A stretch of DNA of 62,372 bases, filler included. It is 9 parts of 9 records of this genome, joined end to end, with 100 filler letters (N's around TTAATTAATTAA, not from the genome) between each part and the next. Parts side by side here need not be neighbours in the genome. Positions count along the whole stretch, not along the records: positions 1 to 6,163 come from SRR31156797_43552; positions 6,264 to 13,696 come from SRR31156797_43573; 7 more parts are not named here. The stretch is one strand, 5' to 3'. Position 1 is the first letter of the stretch. Each line of letters begins with the position of its first letter. Below the pieces are notes generated by a model. It was not told the origin of the DNA. It saw only the letters and a program-made list of their open reading frames with translations, and did no database searches. Positions 1-10,976 of this stretch are shown in pieces. The translations under genes were made by a program, and so were the position numbers.

Positions 1-1009
1 ACTCCTTCATCAGGAGTTCCGCCCGCTGCAGGGTTTCCTTGTCGGTCAGCCCCAGGGTGTATTCGCATCGATACCGCAGGTAGCGGCGGATCAGCTCCTG
101 CTTTGAGGCATTTTGTGCGCCCTCATCGTCCATGATGGCGAATCCCACCCGGTTCACCCCCATGTCCGTGGGGGAGCGGTAGCAGGAGTCGTCCCCGGTG
201 ATTCGCTCGAGGATGCGTTTCAGGACCGGGAATACATCCACATCCCGGTTGTAGTTGACCGATTTGGTGTCGTAGGCTTCCAGATGATAGGGGTCGATCA
301 TGTTCACATCGGCAAGGTCGGCCGTGGCCGCCTCATAGGCGACATTGACCGGGTGTTTCAGGGGAAGGTTCCATACGGGAAAAGTCTCGAACTTGGCATA
401 CCCCGACTGGATGTCGCGGCGGTGGTCGTGGTAGAGTTGGGAGAGGCAGGTGGCCATCTTCCCGCTGCCGGGACCGGGGCCCGTGACGATCACCAGGGGA
501 CGCTCGGTTTCGATATAGTCGTTGACACCGTACCCCTCTTCGCTGACGATGAGATCCACATCCGTGGGATACCCCTTGGTGTAGTAGTGGGTGTAGACGT
601 TGATTCCCCGCATTTTGAGCTTGTTCCGGAAAATCACGGCCGCCGGCTGGTTGTCGAACCGTGTGATGATGACGCCCCTTACCTTTACATCCCAGTTTTT
701 GAGGTCGTCGATGATCTTCAGGATGTCGGTCTCATAGGTGATGCCGAAATCGGCCCGGATCTTTTTGCGTTCAATATCCCCCGCATAGATGCAGATCAAC
801 ACCTCTGCCTGGTCCTTGAGCTTCTGGAGCAACCGGATCTTGATGTTGGGGTCATAGCCGGGCAACACCCTTGCCGCATGGTAGTCAAACAGGAGCTTTC
901 CTCCGAATTCCAGGTAGAGCTTATCGCCGGATTGCTTGATGCGCTTCCTGATCTCTGCCGCCTGCTCTTTCAGGTATTGTTCATTATCGAAGATTATTTG
1001 TTTTGACAT
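1..1009 (-). CDS. DUF1846 (UPF0371) family protein, 3' end off window
   Basis: Not in the ORF track. Manual minus-strand translation from ATG 1009 gives [24 protein letters not shown]...[26 protein letters not shown]...[20 protein letters not shown]...[27 protein letters not shown], the DUF1846 signature; open to position 1. Confidence 0.9.
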   Translation of the reverse strand, partial: MSKQIIFDNEQYLKEQAAEIRKRIKQSGDKLYLEFGGKLLFDYHAARVLPGYDPNIKIRLLQKLKDQAEVLICIYAGDIERKKIRADFGITYETDILKIIDDLKNWDVKVRGVIITRFDNQPAAVIFRNKLKMRGINVYTHYYTKGYPTDVDLIVSEEGYGVNDYIETERPLVIVTGPGPGSGKMATCLSQLYHDHRRDIQSGYAKFETFPVWNLPLKHPVNVAYEAATADLADVNMIDPYHLEAYDTKSVNYNRDVDVFPVLKRILERITGDDSCYRSPTDMGVNRVGFAIMDDEGAQNASKQELIRRYLRYRCEYTLGLTDKETLQRAELLMKE

Positions 1010-1171
1010 AGCGCTCCCCTGCTTGAAAAGGTGTCTTTTCCTTAATTTTAATTGTTTATCGAATAACGTCCGGCAATGCCCCAGGTGCGGCATCACAAAA
1101 CAAAGTAGCATATCATAATTCGACCTTTATGACAAAAGATGTTTTCATCCCGACCCTGGGTGATCCAGCCG

Positions 1172-1200
1172 TTGACTTCCCGAAGGTTGTTCGATATTAT
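1172..1200 (+). promoter_or_regulatory. sigma70-type promoter for glgP
   Basis: TTGACT-N17-TATTAT about 50 nt upstream of the AGGAGG SD and start codon. Confidence 0.55.
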
Positions 1201-1251
1201 TATCCGTAACCCAATCATGATCCAACCTATTTTTTTCGTGATTTCAGGAGG

Positions 1252-3756
1252 ATGAAAATGGCTCCTCGTCCCAGATCCTTGAATCCTGCCGATCAGGAGA
1301 GGGAAGCCCTGCGGGGTAACCTTGAACAGGATATCTCCCGTCACATCCTTTCCACCCTGGGGGATGATCCCGCCCGCCAGAGCATCTATTCCTGCTTTAC
1401 TGGGCTTGCCTATAGCGTGAGGGAACGGCTCATCAACCAGTGGATCAAGACCCAGCTGGCCTGTTCCGACAGCCTGTGCAAGCGGGTATACTACCTTTCT
1501 CTCGAGTTTCTGCCCGGCCGGTTTCTGAAAAATTACCTCATCAGCCTCGGCATGGAGAAGGAGGTCGACCAGACCCTTGCCGCCATGGGGTTTGACCTGG
1601 AGAACATCGAGGAGGAGGAGTGGGATGCAGGCCTTGGAAACGGAGGGCTTGGGCGCCTTGCTTCCTGCTACATGGATTCCATGGCTCGGCTGAGGCTGCC
1701 GGGGTACGGCTATGGCATCCGCTACGATTACGGGATTTTCCACCAGATCCTCGAGGACGGGTATCAGCGGGAACAGAGCGATAACTGGATGCGCCGGGGC
1801 AATCCCTGGGAGATCAAGCGCCGGGACCGGCTCTACAAGGTGCAGTTCTTCGGCCGTTCCAGGAGCTATACCGATGTGATGGGAGCCACCCGGTACCGAT
1901 GGGAAGGGGATGAGAGCGTCATGGCCATGGCCTGCGACATCCTGGTGCCCGGTTACAGGGATGGATTTGTTACCAACATGCGGCTGTGGATCGCAAAATC
2001 GAGCCGGGAGTTTGACCTGGAGTTTTTCAACCGGGGCGATTACATCGGTGCCGTTGAAAGCAAGGTGGTGAGCGAGACCATCTCCAAGGTGCTCTATCCC
2101 TCGGACGAACTGGAAAAGGGCCGGGAGCTCCGTCTTCGCCAGCAGTACTTTTTTGTATCGGCAACCCTCCAGGATATTATCCAGCGTTACAAGAAACACA
2201 ACCAGCTTTTTGACCGGTTTCCCGATTTTGTGGCCATCCAGCTCAACGACACCCATCCGGCCATTGCCGTGCCCGAACTCATGCGTCTTCTCATGGACGA
2301 AGAGTCTCTCTCCTGGGACAGGTCGTGGGATATCTGTGTCAGGACCTTTGCTTACACCAACCACACGGTATTGCCCGAAGCCCTTGAAACCTGGCCCGTT
2401 GACCTGGTGGGGCGGCTTTTGCCCCGTCACCTTGAGATCATCTTTGAGATCAACCGCTGCTTCCTCGAACAGGTGAGCCTGCGGTTTCCGGATGAACCGG
2501 AGCTGGTGTCCCGGATGTCCATTATTGAGGAGGGCCCCCCCAAGCGGCTTCGCATGGCCCATCTGGCCATCGTGGGCAGCCACTCGGTGAACGGTGTGGC
2601 GGAACTTCACTCCGCCATCATCAAGCAGGGCATGTTCAAGGATTTCGACCGGTTCTTTCCGGGACGGCTCACCAATGTCACCAACGGCGTCACTCCCCGC
2701 CGTTGGCTTTACCAGGCCAATCCCCAGCTTTCGGAATTGATTACCTCAGTGATAGGCGGCGGCTGGATTCGCGATCTCTCTCAGCTCAGACGGCTTATTC
2801 CCTTTGCCGGGGATCCGGAATTTCGCGCCCAATGGATGGGGGTGAAGCTTGACAATAAAAAGCGCCTGGCCCGGTATATTCTTCGCAAGACAGGACTTGG
2901 GGTCAATCCCCGTTCCCTGTTCGACATCCATGTCAAAAGGATGCACGAGTACAAGCGTCAGCTCCTCAATATCCTCCACGTGGTTACCCTTTATAACCGC
3001 CTCAAGGCGGGCGAGGAGGTGAACAGTGGGGGCAGGACCGTTATCTTCGCGGGCAAGGCCGCACCCGCCTATGAACAGGCCAAGCTCATCATCAAGCTGA
3101 TCACTTCGGTGGGGGAGCATGTGAACCGGGATCCGGATATTGAAGGGCGGCTGAAGGTCGTGTTTTTGCCGAACTACTGCATCTCCCAGGCTGAAAAGGT
3201 GATTCCGGCAGCCGATCTTTCCGAACAGATCTCCACGGCCGGCATGGAGGCCTCCGGAACCGGTAACATGAAGTTCGCCCTGAACGGGGCCCTGACCTTG
3301 GGAACCCTGGACGGGGCCAACGTTGAAATCATGGAGGAGGTGGGGCCGGAGAACATCTTTATCTTCGGTCTCAAGGCGGAAGAGGTGGCCGCAAGCCGGC
3401 AGGACGGGTATGATCCAAAGGCGATCTGTGAATCCGATCTTGCCCTGAGGCAGGTGCTGACCATGATCGATTCCGGCTATTTCTCCCCGGAGGAGCCGGA
3501 TTTGTTCGCTCCCATCATCAATGACCTTCTCCACCATGGAGACTATTACAGGGTCCTTGCGGACTACCGGTCCTATGTGGATGCCCAGGGGGCGGTGGCC
3601 AGGGCCTATGCCAGTCCGGAACGCTGGGCGAAAAGCTCCATCATGAATACGGCCTGTATGGGGAAATTTTCAAGCGACCGAGCCGTGATGGAATATGCGG
3701 ATCGTATCTGGGGAGTCACCCCCCTGCCCGACACCGGGGCCGGGCAGGAGGATTGA
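1252..3756 (+). CDS. glgP: glycogen/starch/alpha-glucan phosphorylase
   Basis: GLGNGGLGRLASC, QLNDTHP, KRMHEYKRQLLN and the PLP-lysine motif EASGTGNMKF; start may be ATG 1258. Confidence 0.97.
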   Translation: MKMAPRPRSLNPADQEREALRGNLEQDISRHILSTLGDDPARQSIYSCFTGLAYSVRERLINQWIKTQLACSDSLCKRVYYLSLEFLPGRFLKNYLISLGMEKEVDQTLAAMGFDLENIEEEEWDAGLGNGGLGRLASCYMDSMARLRLPGYGYGIRYDYGIFHQILEDGYQREQSDNWMRRGNPWEIKRRDRLYKVQFFGRSRSYTDVMGATRYRWEGDESVMAMACDILVPGYRDGFVTNMRLWIAKSSREFDLEFFNRGDYIGAVESKVVSETISKVLYPSDELEKGRELRLRQQYFFVSATLQDIIQRYKKHNQLFDRFPDFVAIQLNDTHPAIAVPELMRLLMDEESLSWDRSWDICVRTFAYTNHTVLPEALETWPVDLVGRLLPRHLEIIFEINRCFLEQVSLRFPDEPELVSRMSIIEEGPPKRLRMAHLAIVGSHSVNGVAELHSAIIKQGMFKDFDRFFPGRLTNVTNGVTPRRWLYQANPQLSELITSVIGGGWIRDLSQLRRLIPFAGDPEFRAQWMGVKLDNKKRLARYILRKTGLGVNPRSLFDIHVKRMHEYKRQLLNILHVVTLYNRLKAGEEVNSGGRTVIFAGKAAPAYEQAKLIIKLITSVGEHVNRDPDIEGRLKVVFLPNYCISQAEKVIPAADLSEQISTAGMEASGTGNMKFALNGALTLGTLDGANVEIMEEVGPENIFIFGLKAEEVAASRQDGYDPKAICESDLALRQVLTMIDSGYFSPEEPDLFAPIINDLLHHGDYYRVLADYRSYVDAQGAVARAYASPERWAKSSIMNTACMGKFSSDRAVMEYADRIWGVTPLPDTGAGQED

Positions 3757-3810
3757 CAGATTGGACCGCTCACCTGCCGGGGGGAGCGAATTTTATTTAA
3801 GGGTGGTATA

Positions 3811-5055
3811 ATGAAGAATAACGACTCCGATTCAACTCCACTGACCCTTGCAAGGCAGCCGATTTTTGATCGTTCCCAGCGCCTGTGGGGGTATGAACTG
3901 ATCCCGGTGACAGGGGGGGGAGCCCTTGACGGAGATGCATCGGATCGGGCTTCCGTGGCCGCCAATATGGCCGGCAGTACCTATATCGGTCTCCAGGAGG
4001 TGCTGGACCGTGGCAAAAAGGTCGTTGTCCGTTTTTCCGAGAAGAGCATCCTGGAGGATCTTCCCTACGCCCTTCCCCAGGGCAGGGCTGTACTCAGGAT
4101 GTCGGGCGTTCGCGTACTTGAGCCGGAATTAAAACAAACCCTGGAGCGTCTTAAGAGCGATGGTTGTCTGATTATTGTGGAGGCGGTAGACAAGGCGGTT
4201 GACGAAAAACTGCTCGCCATGGCGGATTATCTCCGGGTTTCCGTCAGCGGTCTCAGCCGTAACGATCTGGTTTCCTTGTTAGATGGGTGGAATTCCTGTG
4301 GGGGCGGGTTTCTCGCCGCACGGGTTAACGATCAGCAGATGCTTGGGATCTGCCGCGAGATCGGGTTTGAACTGTTTCAGGGGGCTTTTTTCAAGCAGCC
4401 GGAAACCATTCGCGTCAAAAAGATCTCCTCCGGAGAAGCGGCACGGCTGCAGATTCTCCGCATGATCGAACAGGAGGATCCGGATTTCGAAGAGCTGGCC
4501 CAGGTGATTGGTTCGGATGTCTCCATCGGGTTTCGCCTGTTCTCGTTTATCAATTCCGCCGCCTTTGGATTTCGCCGGAAGATCAATTCCATCCGGGAGG
4601 CGATAACCATGCTGGGATGGGAGAAGATCAAGCACTGGCTTCGCATCGTCGTGCTCACCGATGTCGCCCGGAACAAAAATGCTTCCGAGCTGGTGCAGCT
4701 GTCCGCCCAGCGGGGAAAATTCCTGGAGCAGGTCGCCATGGACCACGATTTCTGGGGGTTCAAGCCTGAGAGTCTCCTGCTGCTGGGGATGTTTTCCCTC
4801 CTTGACGCCCTGATCAACCAGCCCATGGCAGAGATCGTAACCTATCTGCCCCTGGACGAAAAACTCAAGTCAACCCTATGCAGGGACCCCAACAGCGAAT
4901 TCATGCCCTTTCTCATCCTGGCCGAGCGGTTTGAGGAAGGGCATTGGGAAGATGCCAACGCCATGGTGCAGCAGCTGGGCCTGGACCGGGAGAAGGTGAG
5001 GGCCGGGTTCGAGCAGGCGGTCGCGTGGGCCAATGGCATGGCCGGACTTACTTGA
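3811..5055 (+). CDS. EAL (degenerate) and HDOD domain protein, YuxH/PdeH-like
   Basis: ARQPIFD...GYELI N-terminus, FELFQGAFF, then HDOD motif INSAAFGFRRKINSIREAITMLG and LLGMFSLLDAL. Confidence 0.85.
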   Translation: MKNNDSDSTPLTLARQPIFDRSQRLWGYELIPVTGGGALDGDASDRASVAANMAGSTYIGLQEVLDRGKKVVVRFSEKSILEDLPYALPQGRAVLRMSGVRVLEPELKQTLERLKSDGCLIIVEAVDKAVDEKLLAMADYLRVSVSGLSRNDLVSLLDGWNSCGGGFLAARVNDQQMLGICREIGFELFQGAFFKQPETIRVKKISSGEAARLQILRMIEQEDPDFEELAQVIGSDVSIGFRLFSFINSAAFGFRRKINSIREAITMLGWEKIKHWLRIVVLTDVARNKNASELVQLSAQRGKFLEQVAMDHDFWGFKPESLLLLGMFSLLDALINQPMAEIVTYLPLDEKLKSTLCRDPNSEFMPFLILAERFEEGHWEDANAMVQQLGLDREKVRAGFEQAVAWANGMAGLT

Positions 5056-5083
5056 CCTTTTTAATCGATACATGGAGTCTATT

Positions 5084-6163
5084 ATGGTCAGCAAGGATAG
5101 GGAGAAGATCGCAAAATCGTTGAAACTCAGCTTTATCCTCCTGATCGTCATGTTCGTTTCCTTTGGGGGGGTGTCCCTGTATGGTATTCGTTTCCTGTCG
5201 CGGTTGACCCGCACCATCTACGACCATCCCCTGGTTGTTTCCAACGTTTCCCTACAGGCCGCTGTCTCAATCACAAAGATGCACCGCAGTATGAAGGATG
5301 CGGTACTTGCCAATGGATTTGCCGAAGTTAACTCATGGATGGAGATTGTCGATGGCGAGGAAAAGCGGGTCTATGGCTACCTTGACGTGGTGAAAAAGAA
5401 CATCCTGGGCAGGGAGGGGCAGCAACTTGAAATGGAGGCAAGAAAGCTGGTCGACGCATGGAAACCGATCAGGGCCGAGGTGCTCCGCCTGGTGAACAGC
5501 AAGCAGCCGGGCCAGGCCGCGGAAATCACTGTCGGTAAGGGGGCGCGCCATGTGGCTGATCTGGAAGCCAAGATGCTGGAGTTGACAAATTACGCCCGGA
5601 TCAAGGCGACCCAATTCATGGAGAATGCGGAAACGGTTCGAATCCGGGTTTCTGTCACCTCGATTCTCTGTCTTGTGGTTGGGGTGATCGCATCGTTACT
5701 GGTGGTCTCCATCACCCTCAGGAAAACCTCTGAAACCGAACAGGAACTCCGGGAATCACGGCAGTTGTTGAGCAATGCCATTGATCTTGCTCCCATCGGC
5801 CTGATCCTGGTGGCGCCTGACGGGCGGTTTGTCCGTGTCAACCGGGCCTTTTGCTCCATGATCGGGTATACGGAAGAGGAACTCTTCCAGATGAGATTTC
5901 AGGATGTGACCCATCCCGATGATCATCCCCTGGACAAAGCCATTGTTGACCATCTCATGGGCGGCGACGGGAATCAGGGAAGGATCGAGAAGCGTTACGT
6001 GGCAAAAGACGGCCGCAGCGTTCATGTGACCGTGGCTACGGTGCTCTTAAAGGATGAACAGGGCATTCCCCTCTACTTTTTTGCCCAGATTCAGGATGTC
6101 ACTGAACGAAAACAAAAGGAGAAGCAGTTGCGCCAGGCCCAGAAGATGGAGGCCATCGGCACC
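5084..6163 (+). CDS. membrane sensor histidine kinase (four-helix-bundle sensor + PAS), C-terminus truncated by contig end
   Basis: Two TM helices around a periplasmic helical domain, a PAS domain (VTHPDD...QDVTERK), then QLRQAQKMEAIGT leading into HisKA. GGAG SD before ATG 5084. Confidence 0.85.
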
Positions 6164-6263
6164 NNNNNNNNNNNNNNNNNNNNNNNNNNNNNNNNNNNNN
6201 NNNNNNNTTAATTAATTAANNNNNNNNNNNNNNNNNNNNNNNNNNNNNNNNNNNNNNNNNNNN
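6164..6263. other. artificial contig spacer N44-TTAATTAATTAA-N44 (also at 13697, 19606, 26295, 35288, 41312, 50600 and 56442)
   Basis: Identical 100-nt linker with stop codons in all six frames; genes are cut at these points and composition changes abruptly at most of them. Confidence 0.99.
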
Positions 6264-6690
6264 ACAACTGGAAGAAAATCCATGGGATGTATTCGAAACG
6301 ATTTTCACTTCAGATTCAATTCACGAAGGAACAGTGGTTGAGTTGATGGACAAAGGAGCCGTAATTGCACTTCCATATGGTGTTGAAGGCTTTGCTACTC
6401 CTCGCCACCTGGTGAAAGAAGACGGTACTTCGGTAAAACAAGATGAAAAACTTGATTTCAAAGTTATTGAGTTTAACAAGTCTGCAAAACGAATAATTGT
6501 TTCTCACTCTCGTATTTTCGAAGATGTTAAACGTGCTGAAGAAGGTGAAAAACGTAAAGCTCAAAGAAGCTCTACAAAACGCACCATGAAATCAGTTAGC
6601 GACAACATCGAAAAAACAACTCTGGGCGATATCAGCGAATTGGCTGCTTTAAAATCGCAAATGGAGGCTAACGAGAAAAAAGACAAATAA
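6264..6690 (+). CDS. rpsA: 30S ribosomal protein S1, C-terminal part
   Basis: QLEENPWDVF...GVEGFATPRHLVKEDG...KVIEFNK..KRIIVSHSR...EKTTLGDISELAALK, the Bacteroidota S1 C-terminus. Confidence 0.93.
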
Positions 6691-6729
6691 GCAGTTGGTG
6701 TATTTAAACTGAATTTCGTAAATTGAAGC

Positions 6730-7083
6730 ATGGCATTCGATATTCGAAAAAGCGGAAAGTATACCTTGATTAAGGTAGACGCCGACAGATTAGATACAAA
6801 CAACGCACCCGACCTGAAATCGGAGCTGGTTGTTGTTAATAACGAAGGTGAAAAAAACATCGTTCTTGATCTAAGCAATGTAAATTATTGCGATTCTTCA
6901 GGTTTGAGAGCAGTGTTGGTGGCCAACCGGATTTGCGAAGATGCAATTGGCACTTTTATCCTTTGTGGTTTACAACCCGATGTAGAGAACCTGGTAAAAA
7001 TTTCGATGCTTCATACTGTTTTATTAATTACTAAAACAGTTGAGGAAGCAGAGGAACTGCTGGCAAAAAAAGAAAATCTGTAA
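6730..7083 (+). CDS. STAS domain anti-sigma-factor antagonist
   Basis: IVLDLSNVNYCDSSGLRAVL with the phosphorylatable Ser motif. Confidence 0.9.
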   Translation: MAFDIRKSGKYTLIKVDADRLDTNNAPDLKSELVVVNNEGEKNIVLDLSNVNYCDSSGLRAVLVANRICEDAIGTFILCGLQPDVENLVKISMLHTVLLITKTVEEAEELLAKKENL

Positions 7084-7090
7084 CTACAGA

Positions 7091-8002
7091 ATGTCTTTTG
7101 AATTAACCATACTGGGGAGTAATTCAGCATTACCAACTTCAAATAGATATCCAACAGCCCAGGTACTTGAAGTACCTGGGCGTTGTTTTTTAATAGACTG
7201 TGGCGAAGGAACACAAATACAACTTCGCCGTTGCAAGATCAGTTTTAGTAAAATCAGGCAAATCTTTATTTCTCATCTGCATGGCGATCATTTTTACGGG
7301 CTAATTGGCCTGATTTCAACCATGAACCTGATAGGAATAAAGCATGACTTACACATCTACGCACCATCTGAATTAAAAGATCTTCTGCAACCTCAACTGG
7401 ATTTTATTCGTGGCGACCTATCAGTAAAACTGGTTTTCCATCCGCTAAACTTAAAAAAAACACAAACCATATTCGAAAATAAAAAGATTGAAATCATTTC
7501 CTTTCCGGTAAAACACAGCATTCCTACACTTGGATTTTTATTTAAAGAAAAACAAAAGCCGGCTAATATGAAGAAGGACATGATTGAGCACTACAATATT
7601 CCCATTGCATGGATTCGGAAGATAAAGGCAGGTGCAGATTTTGTTGCCCCAGACGGGAAAACAATTCAGAACAGTCAACTAACCACTCCTGCTCCACGCC
7701 CTAAATCATATGCTTTTTGCACCGATACCGCCTTTTACCCCCCCATTGCTGAGATAATCAAGGGTGTTGATTTGCTTTACCATGAATCAACCTTTTTAGA
7801 CGAGATGAAAGAGTTGGCGGAAAAAACACTTCATTCAACTGCCAAACAAGCAGCAGAAATGGCAAAACTTTGTGAAGCCCAAAAGCTTTTGATAGGCCAT
7901 TATTCGGCTCGTTTTAAAAAAACTGAAGCTTTTGAAAAGGAAGCAAAAGCTATATTTCCGAATACCGAAGCAGCAATTGATGGTAACAAATATCAAATCT
8001 GA
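7091..8002 (+). CDS. rnz: ribonuclease Z
   Basis: MSFELTILGSNSALPT, LIDCGEGTQ, SHLHGDH metallo-beta-lactamase motif, LYHESTF, GHYSAR. Confidence 0.95.
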   Translation: MSFELTILGSNSALPTSNRYPTAQVLEVPGRCFLIDCGEGTQIQLRRCKISFSKIRQIFISHLHGDHFYGLIGLISTMNLIGIKHDLHIYAPSELKDLLQPQLDFIRGDLSVKLVFHPLNLKKTQTIFENKKIEIISFPVKHSIPTLGFLFKEKQKPANMKKDMIEHYNIPIAWIRKIKAGADFVAPDGKTIQNSQLTTPAPRPKSYAFCTDTAFYPPIAEIIKGVDLLYHESTFLDEMKELAEKTLHSTAKQAAEMAKLCEAQKLLIGHYSARFKKTEAFEKEAKAIFPNTEAAIDGNKYQI

Positions 8003-9432
8003 TTGTCTTCTTCTCCCTCAAAAAATCCTTTATCAAAATTAACCAGAAATAATTTCTCGGTAGGCCGGGTAAATGCTGTATATAGCCAACGATAATATTC
8101 GGTTCCCAACATGTCTTCCGTTAAGTATCCATGATCAATAAAAACTGCTTTCCATTGCCCCCCCTGCGCTTTATGACAGGTTAACGCATAAGCATATTTT
8201 ACCTGCAACGCATTAAAATAAGGATTTTCCTTAATTTTTTTCCAACGTTCGCGCTTGTTTCTAATGTCGAGGTAATCTTCCGATACTGCATTAAAAAGTT
8301 CGGTATTCCGTTCATAGGGAAACGAGGCTGTTTCAATGTTTAACGTTTCCAGAAAAATTTTGCAATCCATTTCTACATCCTCATAATCTACAAAACGCAG
8401 ACACACATCAGCAAACCTGAATCCATATAACTGTTCGTAACCATATATCGACACAATTTCAGCAATATCTCCATTGGCAATAAAGTCGAGTTTTGCATCT
8501 TCATCAGGCCAGAAATAATTGTTTTTTACAACCATTAGCAGATCGCCTTTCTCAATTTCGTTTTCCTTATATAAGATCGATCCTCGAATACCTTTATTAA
8601 ATAGGTTTGCCCGTTTATTTGATCGGGTTACCACAGTTGTATCAAAAAAGCCGTATTTATCGTAACACGACGAAATCGTCTCAATTAATTCTCCACCTGA
8701 AATTCTTTCAACATCGTCAAAACTCGCCGTCTCCACCGGAAAAAATCCTTCATGATGCCCTTCTTTAATGAGTTCACGCATTGCAGTAGCATTGTTTAAA
8801 ATCCCGGAATCTCTGGCTTGACGGACAACTTCTTGTAGCTCAATCTCTTTAACACTAAAACCATAACTTTCAAGCGTAAATGATTCAAGCGCCGGACTAA
8901 TATTTAACCCTACCGGTGGAAGTTGTGCTGTATCGCCAACCAGAACCAACCTACAATTTTCTCCGGAATAAACGTATTCCAGTAAATCATCCAGCAGTCT
9001 TCCGGTTCCAAACACAGAGTTCTCACTTAGTTCATTAGAAATCATTGAAGCTTCATCTACTATAAAATAGGTATTTTTATAAAGGTTCTTATTTAGTACA
9101 AAACGCCCCATTCCATCGGAAGAAGATTTTTGACGGTATATTTTTTTATGGATGGTAAAAGCAGGCATACCGGAGTAACCAGCCATTACCTTTGCTGCTC
9201 TTCCTGTTGGTGCCATTAAAACGGAACGAATTTTGAGGGAAAGCAACGCCTGAGTCAGCGAATAAATCATAGTGGTTTTTCCTGTACCTGCATAGCCTTT
9301 AATTAACATTATTTCATCAGGTTCGGGAAAAGTAATGTAAGTTGCGAGTTTACTTATTAAACGAGATTGGCTAGTTGTAGGTTGGAAGCCCAGTTTCTCG
9401 GTTAATATGGCTTTTAAGTGATTTTTAATCAT
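7993..9432 (-). CDS. ATP-dependent RecD-like (SF1B) DNA helicase
   Basis: Walker A GYAGTGKT, APTGRAA, VDEASM, GDTAQLPP, YALTCHKAQG, LYTAFTR. Confidence 0.9.
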   Translation of the reverse strand: MIKNHLKAILTEKLGFQPTTSQSRLISKLATYITFPEPDEIMLIKGYAGTGKTTMIYSLTQALLSLKIRSVLMAPTGRAAKVMAGYSGMPAFTIHKKIYRQKSSSDGMGRFVLNKNLYKNTYFIVDEASMISNELSENSVFGTGRLLDDLLEYVYSGENCRLVLVGDTAQLPPVGLNISPALESFTLESYGFSVKEIELQEVVRQARDSGILNNATAMRELIKEGHHEGFFPVETASFDDVERISGGELIETISSCYDKYGFFDTTVVTRSNKRANLFNKGIRGSILYKENEIEKGDLLMVVKNNYFWPDEDAKLDFIANGDIAEIVSIYGYEQLYGFRFADVCLRFVDYEDVEMDCKIFLETLNIETASFPYERNTELFNAVSEDYLDIRNKRERWKKIKENPYFNALQVKYAYALTCHKAQGGQWKAVFIDHGYLTEDMLGTEYYRWLYTAFTRPTEKLFLVNFDKGFFEGEEDNQI

Positions 9433-9523
9433 ACCGGTTAAAATAACATTAGGTAAAAGAAACTAATTTATTTTTTTTTTTAAATTTGCAAGCAAATGAA
9501 GATGAACTCATAAAAATATAAAA

Positions 9524-10156
9524 ATGAAAACCGTATTTCAGATTGTACTATTTCTTTTGGCCGTTGTACTAACATATTTTATCTTTAAAAGTATTCAGCG
9601 TCCTATTGAATTTGAAAAAGCAAAAGACGCTCGCTATGAAGCAACTGTTGCAAAATTAAAAGATATTAGGAAAGCACAATTGGCTTATAAAGATGTATAT
9701 GGTCAATTTTCCGGAAGTTGGGATACTTTAATCTATTTTGTTACTCATGATTCAGTGCGTAACGTGAAGGCTATTGGTGAATTAACAGATAGCATGATTG
9801 AAGCAAAGATCTCGGAGAAAAAAGCGATTGAAATGGGCTTGATCATTCGTGACACAGTAAAAGTAGGAGTAATTGATGCACTTTTTGGTGGTAGTTACGA
9901 TGCAAATAGCTTACGCTACATTCCGGTACCCGGAGAACCAAAAGAATTTCATTTAGGCCAAACAATTATTACTACCGGTTCGGGCATTAAAGTTCCTGTT
10001 TTTGAGGCAAAAGCACACAATAACATTATTCTAAGAGGATTAGATGAACAATTAGTTATCAACCTAAACGACCAGCGTAGAACAAACGACAAGTACCCTG
10101 GCTTGAAAGTTGGTTCATTAATTGAAACAAATAATAATGCTGGTAACTGGGAGTAA
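9524..10156 (+). CDS. conserved Bacteroidota hypothetical protein with N-terminal membrane anchor
   Basis: N-terminal hydrophobic helix, LKDIRKAQLAY, C-terminal GLKVGSL...NNAGNWE; co-oriented with DUF3822 and rsmD. Confidence 0.75.
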   Translation: MKTVFQIVLFLLAVVLTYFIFKSIQRPIEFEKAKDARYEATVAKLKDIRKAQLAYKDVYGQFSGSWDTLIYFVTHDSVRNVKAIGELTDSMIEAKISEKKAIEMGLIIRDTVKVGVIDALFGGSYDANSLRYIPVPGEPKEFHLGQTIITTGSGIKVPVFEAKAHNNIILRGLDEQLVINLNDQRRTNDKYPGLKVGSLIETNNNAGNWE

Positions 10157-10161
10157 ACCAC

Positions 10162-10974
10162 ATGCATGAATTTGTAGACGAGACATTTAAAGTAGAATAT
10201 ACTTTCGAAAACATATTATCCATTCAGGTTAGCCTGAATGGATTTTCTTTTTCTATAGTCAGTCCTTCAAATTATAATTTACTCTATTTTAAAAAGACTT
10301 CTGTTAAAATAAGTAGTGAAAACCTGATAGCCAGACGTTTTGGTGAATGGTATACCGAACAGGAAATTCTAAAAAATCCATTTAAAAAGACTCGGGTTTG
10401 TATTTTCAGTGATATCTTCACTTTAATTCCAAATAACTTGTACGAGGCAGAGTCTAAAAGAGAAATAAGTCGTATTCTTTTTAAAGGTAATGATGAAATT
10501 CATTTTGCTGAAAATCAAGTTGATTCTCTAAATGCAAAGTTAATATTCGGACTCCCAAATGGTTTTAACGAAACAATACAATCTGAAATTGGCCAATGTA
10601 GAATTGTTCATCCGGCTAAACAACTATTAAAAACAGTTAATGGTAAAACAAAAAACAATCATGTTGTAGTGATTTATAATGGCAACAGTTTTTATTTATT
10701 TATTTTTAAAGACTCTCAACTGGTAATGCTTAATGCTTTTGCTTTTAATCATGTAAACGATGTTGTATATTATTTGCTTTCGTCGTTAAAACAATACAAT
10801 TTGTCAAAAGAAGATGTTACTCTTGAAACTACAGGGTATACCCTTGATGAAAAAGCGTTGAGTACAATCCTGAAAAAATACTTCCCAAATCATCAACAGG
10901 TTAAACCAACTGTAAAACTACCTGAAGAATTTTCACATCAAACTATAGCCGAAAATATTAGTCTTTTCTTGTAA
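10162..10974 (+). CDS. DUF3822 family protein
   Basis: LSIQVSLNGFSF, FTLIP, NAF...DVVYYLL; typical position directly upstream of rsmD. Confidence 0.8.
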   Translation: MHEFVDETFKVEYTFENILSIQVSLNGFSFSIVSPSNYNLLYFKKTSVKISSENLIARRFGEWYTEQEILKNPFKKTRVCIFSDIFTLIPNNLYEAESKREISRILFKGNDEIHFAENQVDSLNAKLIFGLPNGFNETIQSEIGQCRIVHPAKQLLKTVNGKTKNNHVVVIYNGNSFYLFIFKDSQLVMLNAFAFNHVNDVVYYLLSSLKQYNLSKEDVTLETTGYTLDEKALSTILKKYFPNHQQVKPTVKLPEEFSHQTIAENISLFL

Positions 10975-10976
10975 TC

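Noticed and set aside
113-1006. 297-aa plus-strand ORF, and similar long ORFs at 1093..2610 (-) and 26347..28251 (-)
   Set aside because: Antisense shadows of real genes (DUF1846, glgP, YyaL) in GC-rich DNA; no recognisable motifs.
6208-6219. Recurrent TTAATTAATTAA palindrome
   Set aside because: Always centred in N-runs; a synthetic six-frame stop linker, not biology.
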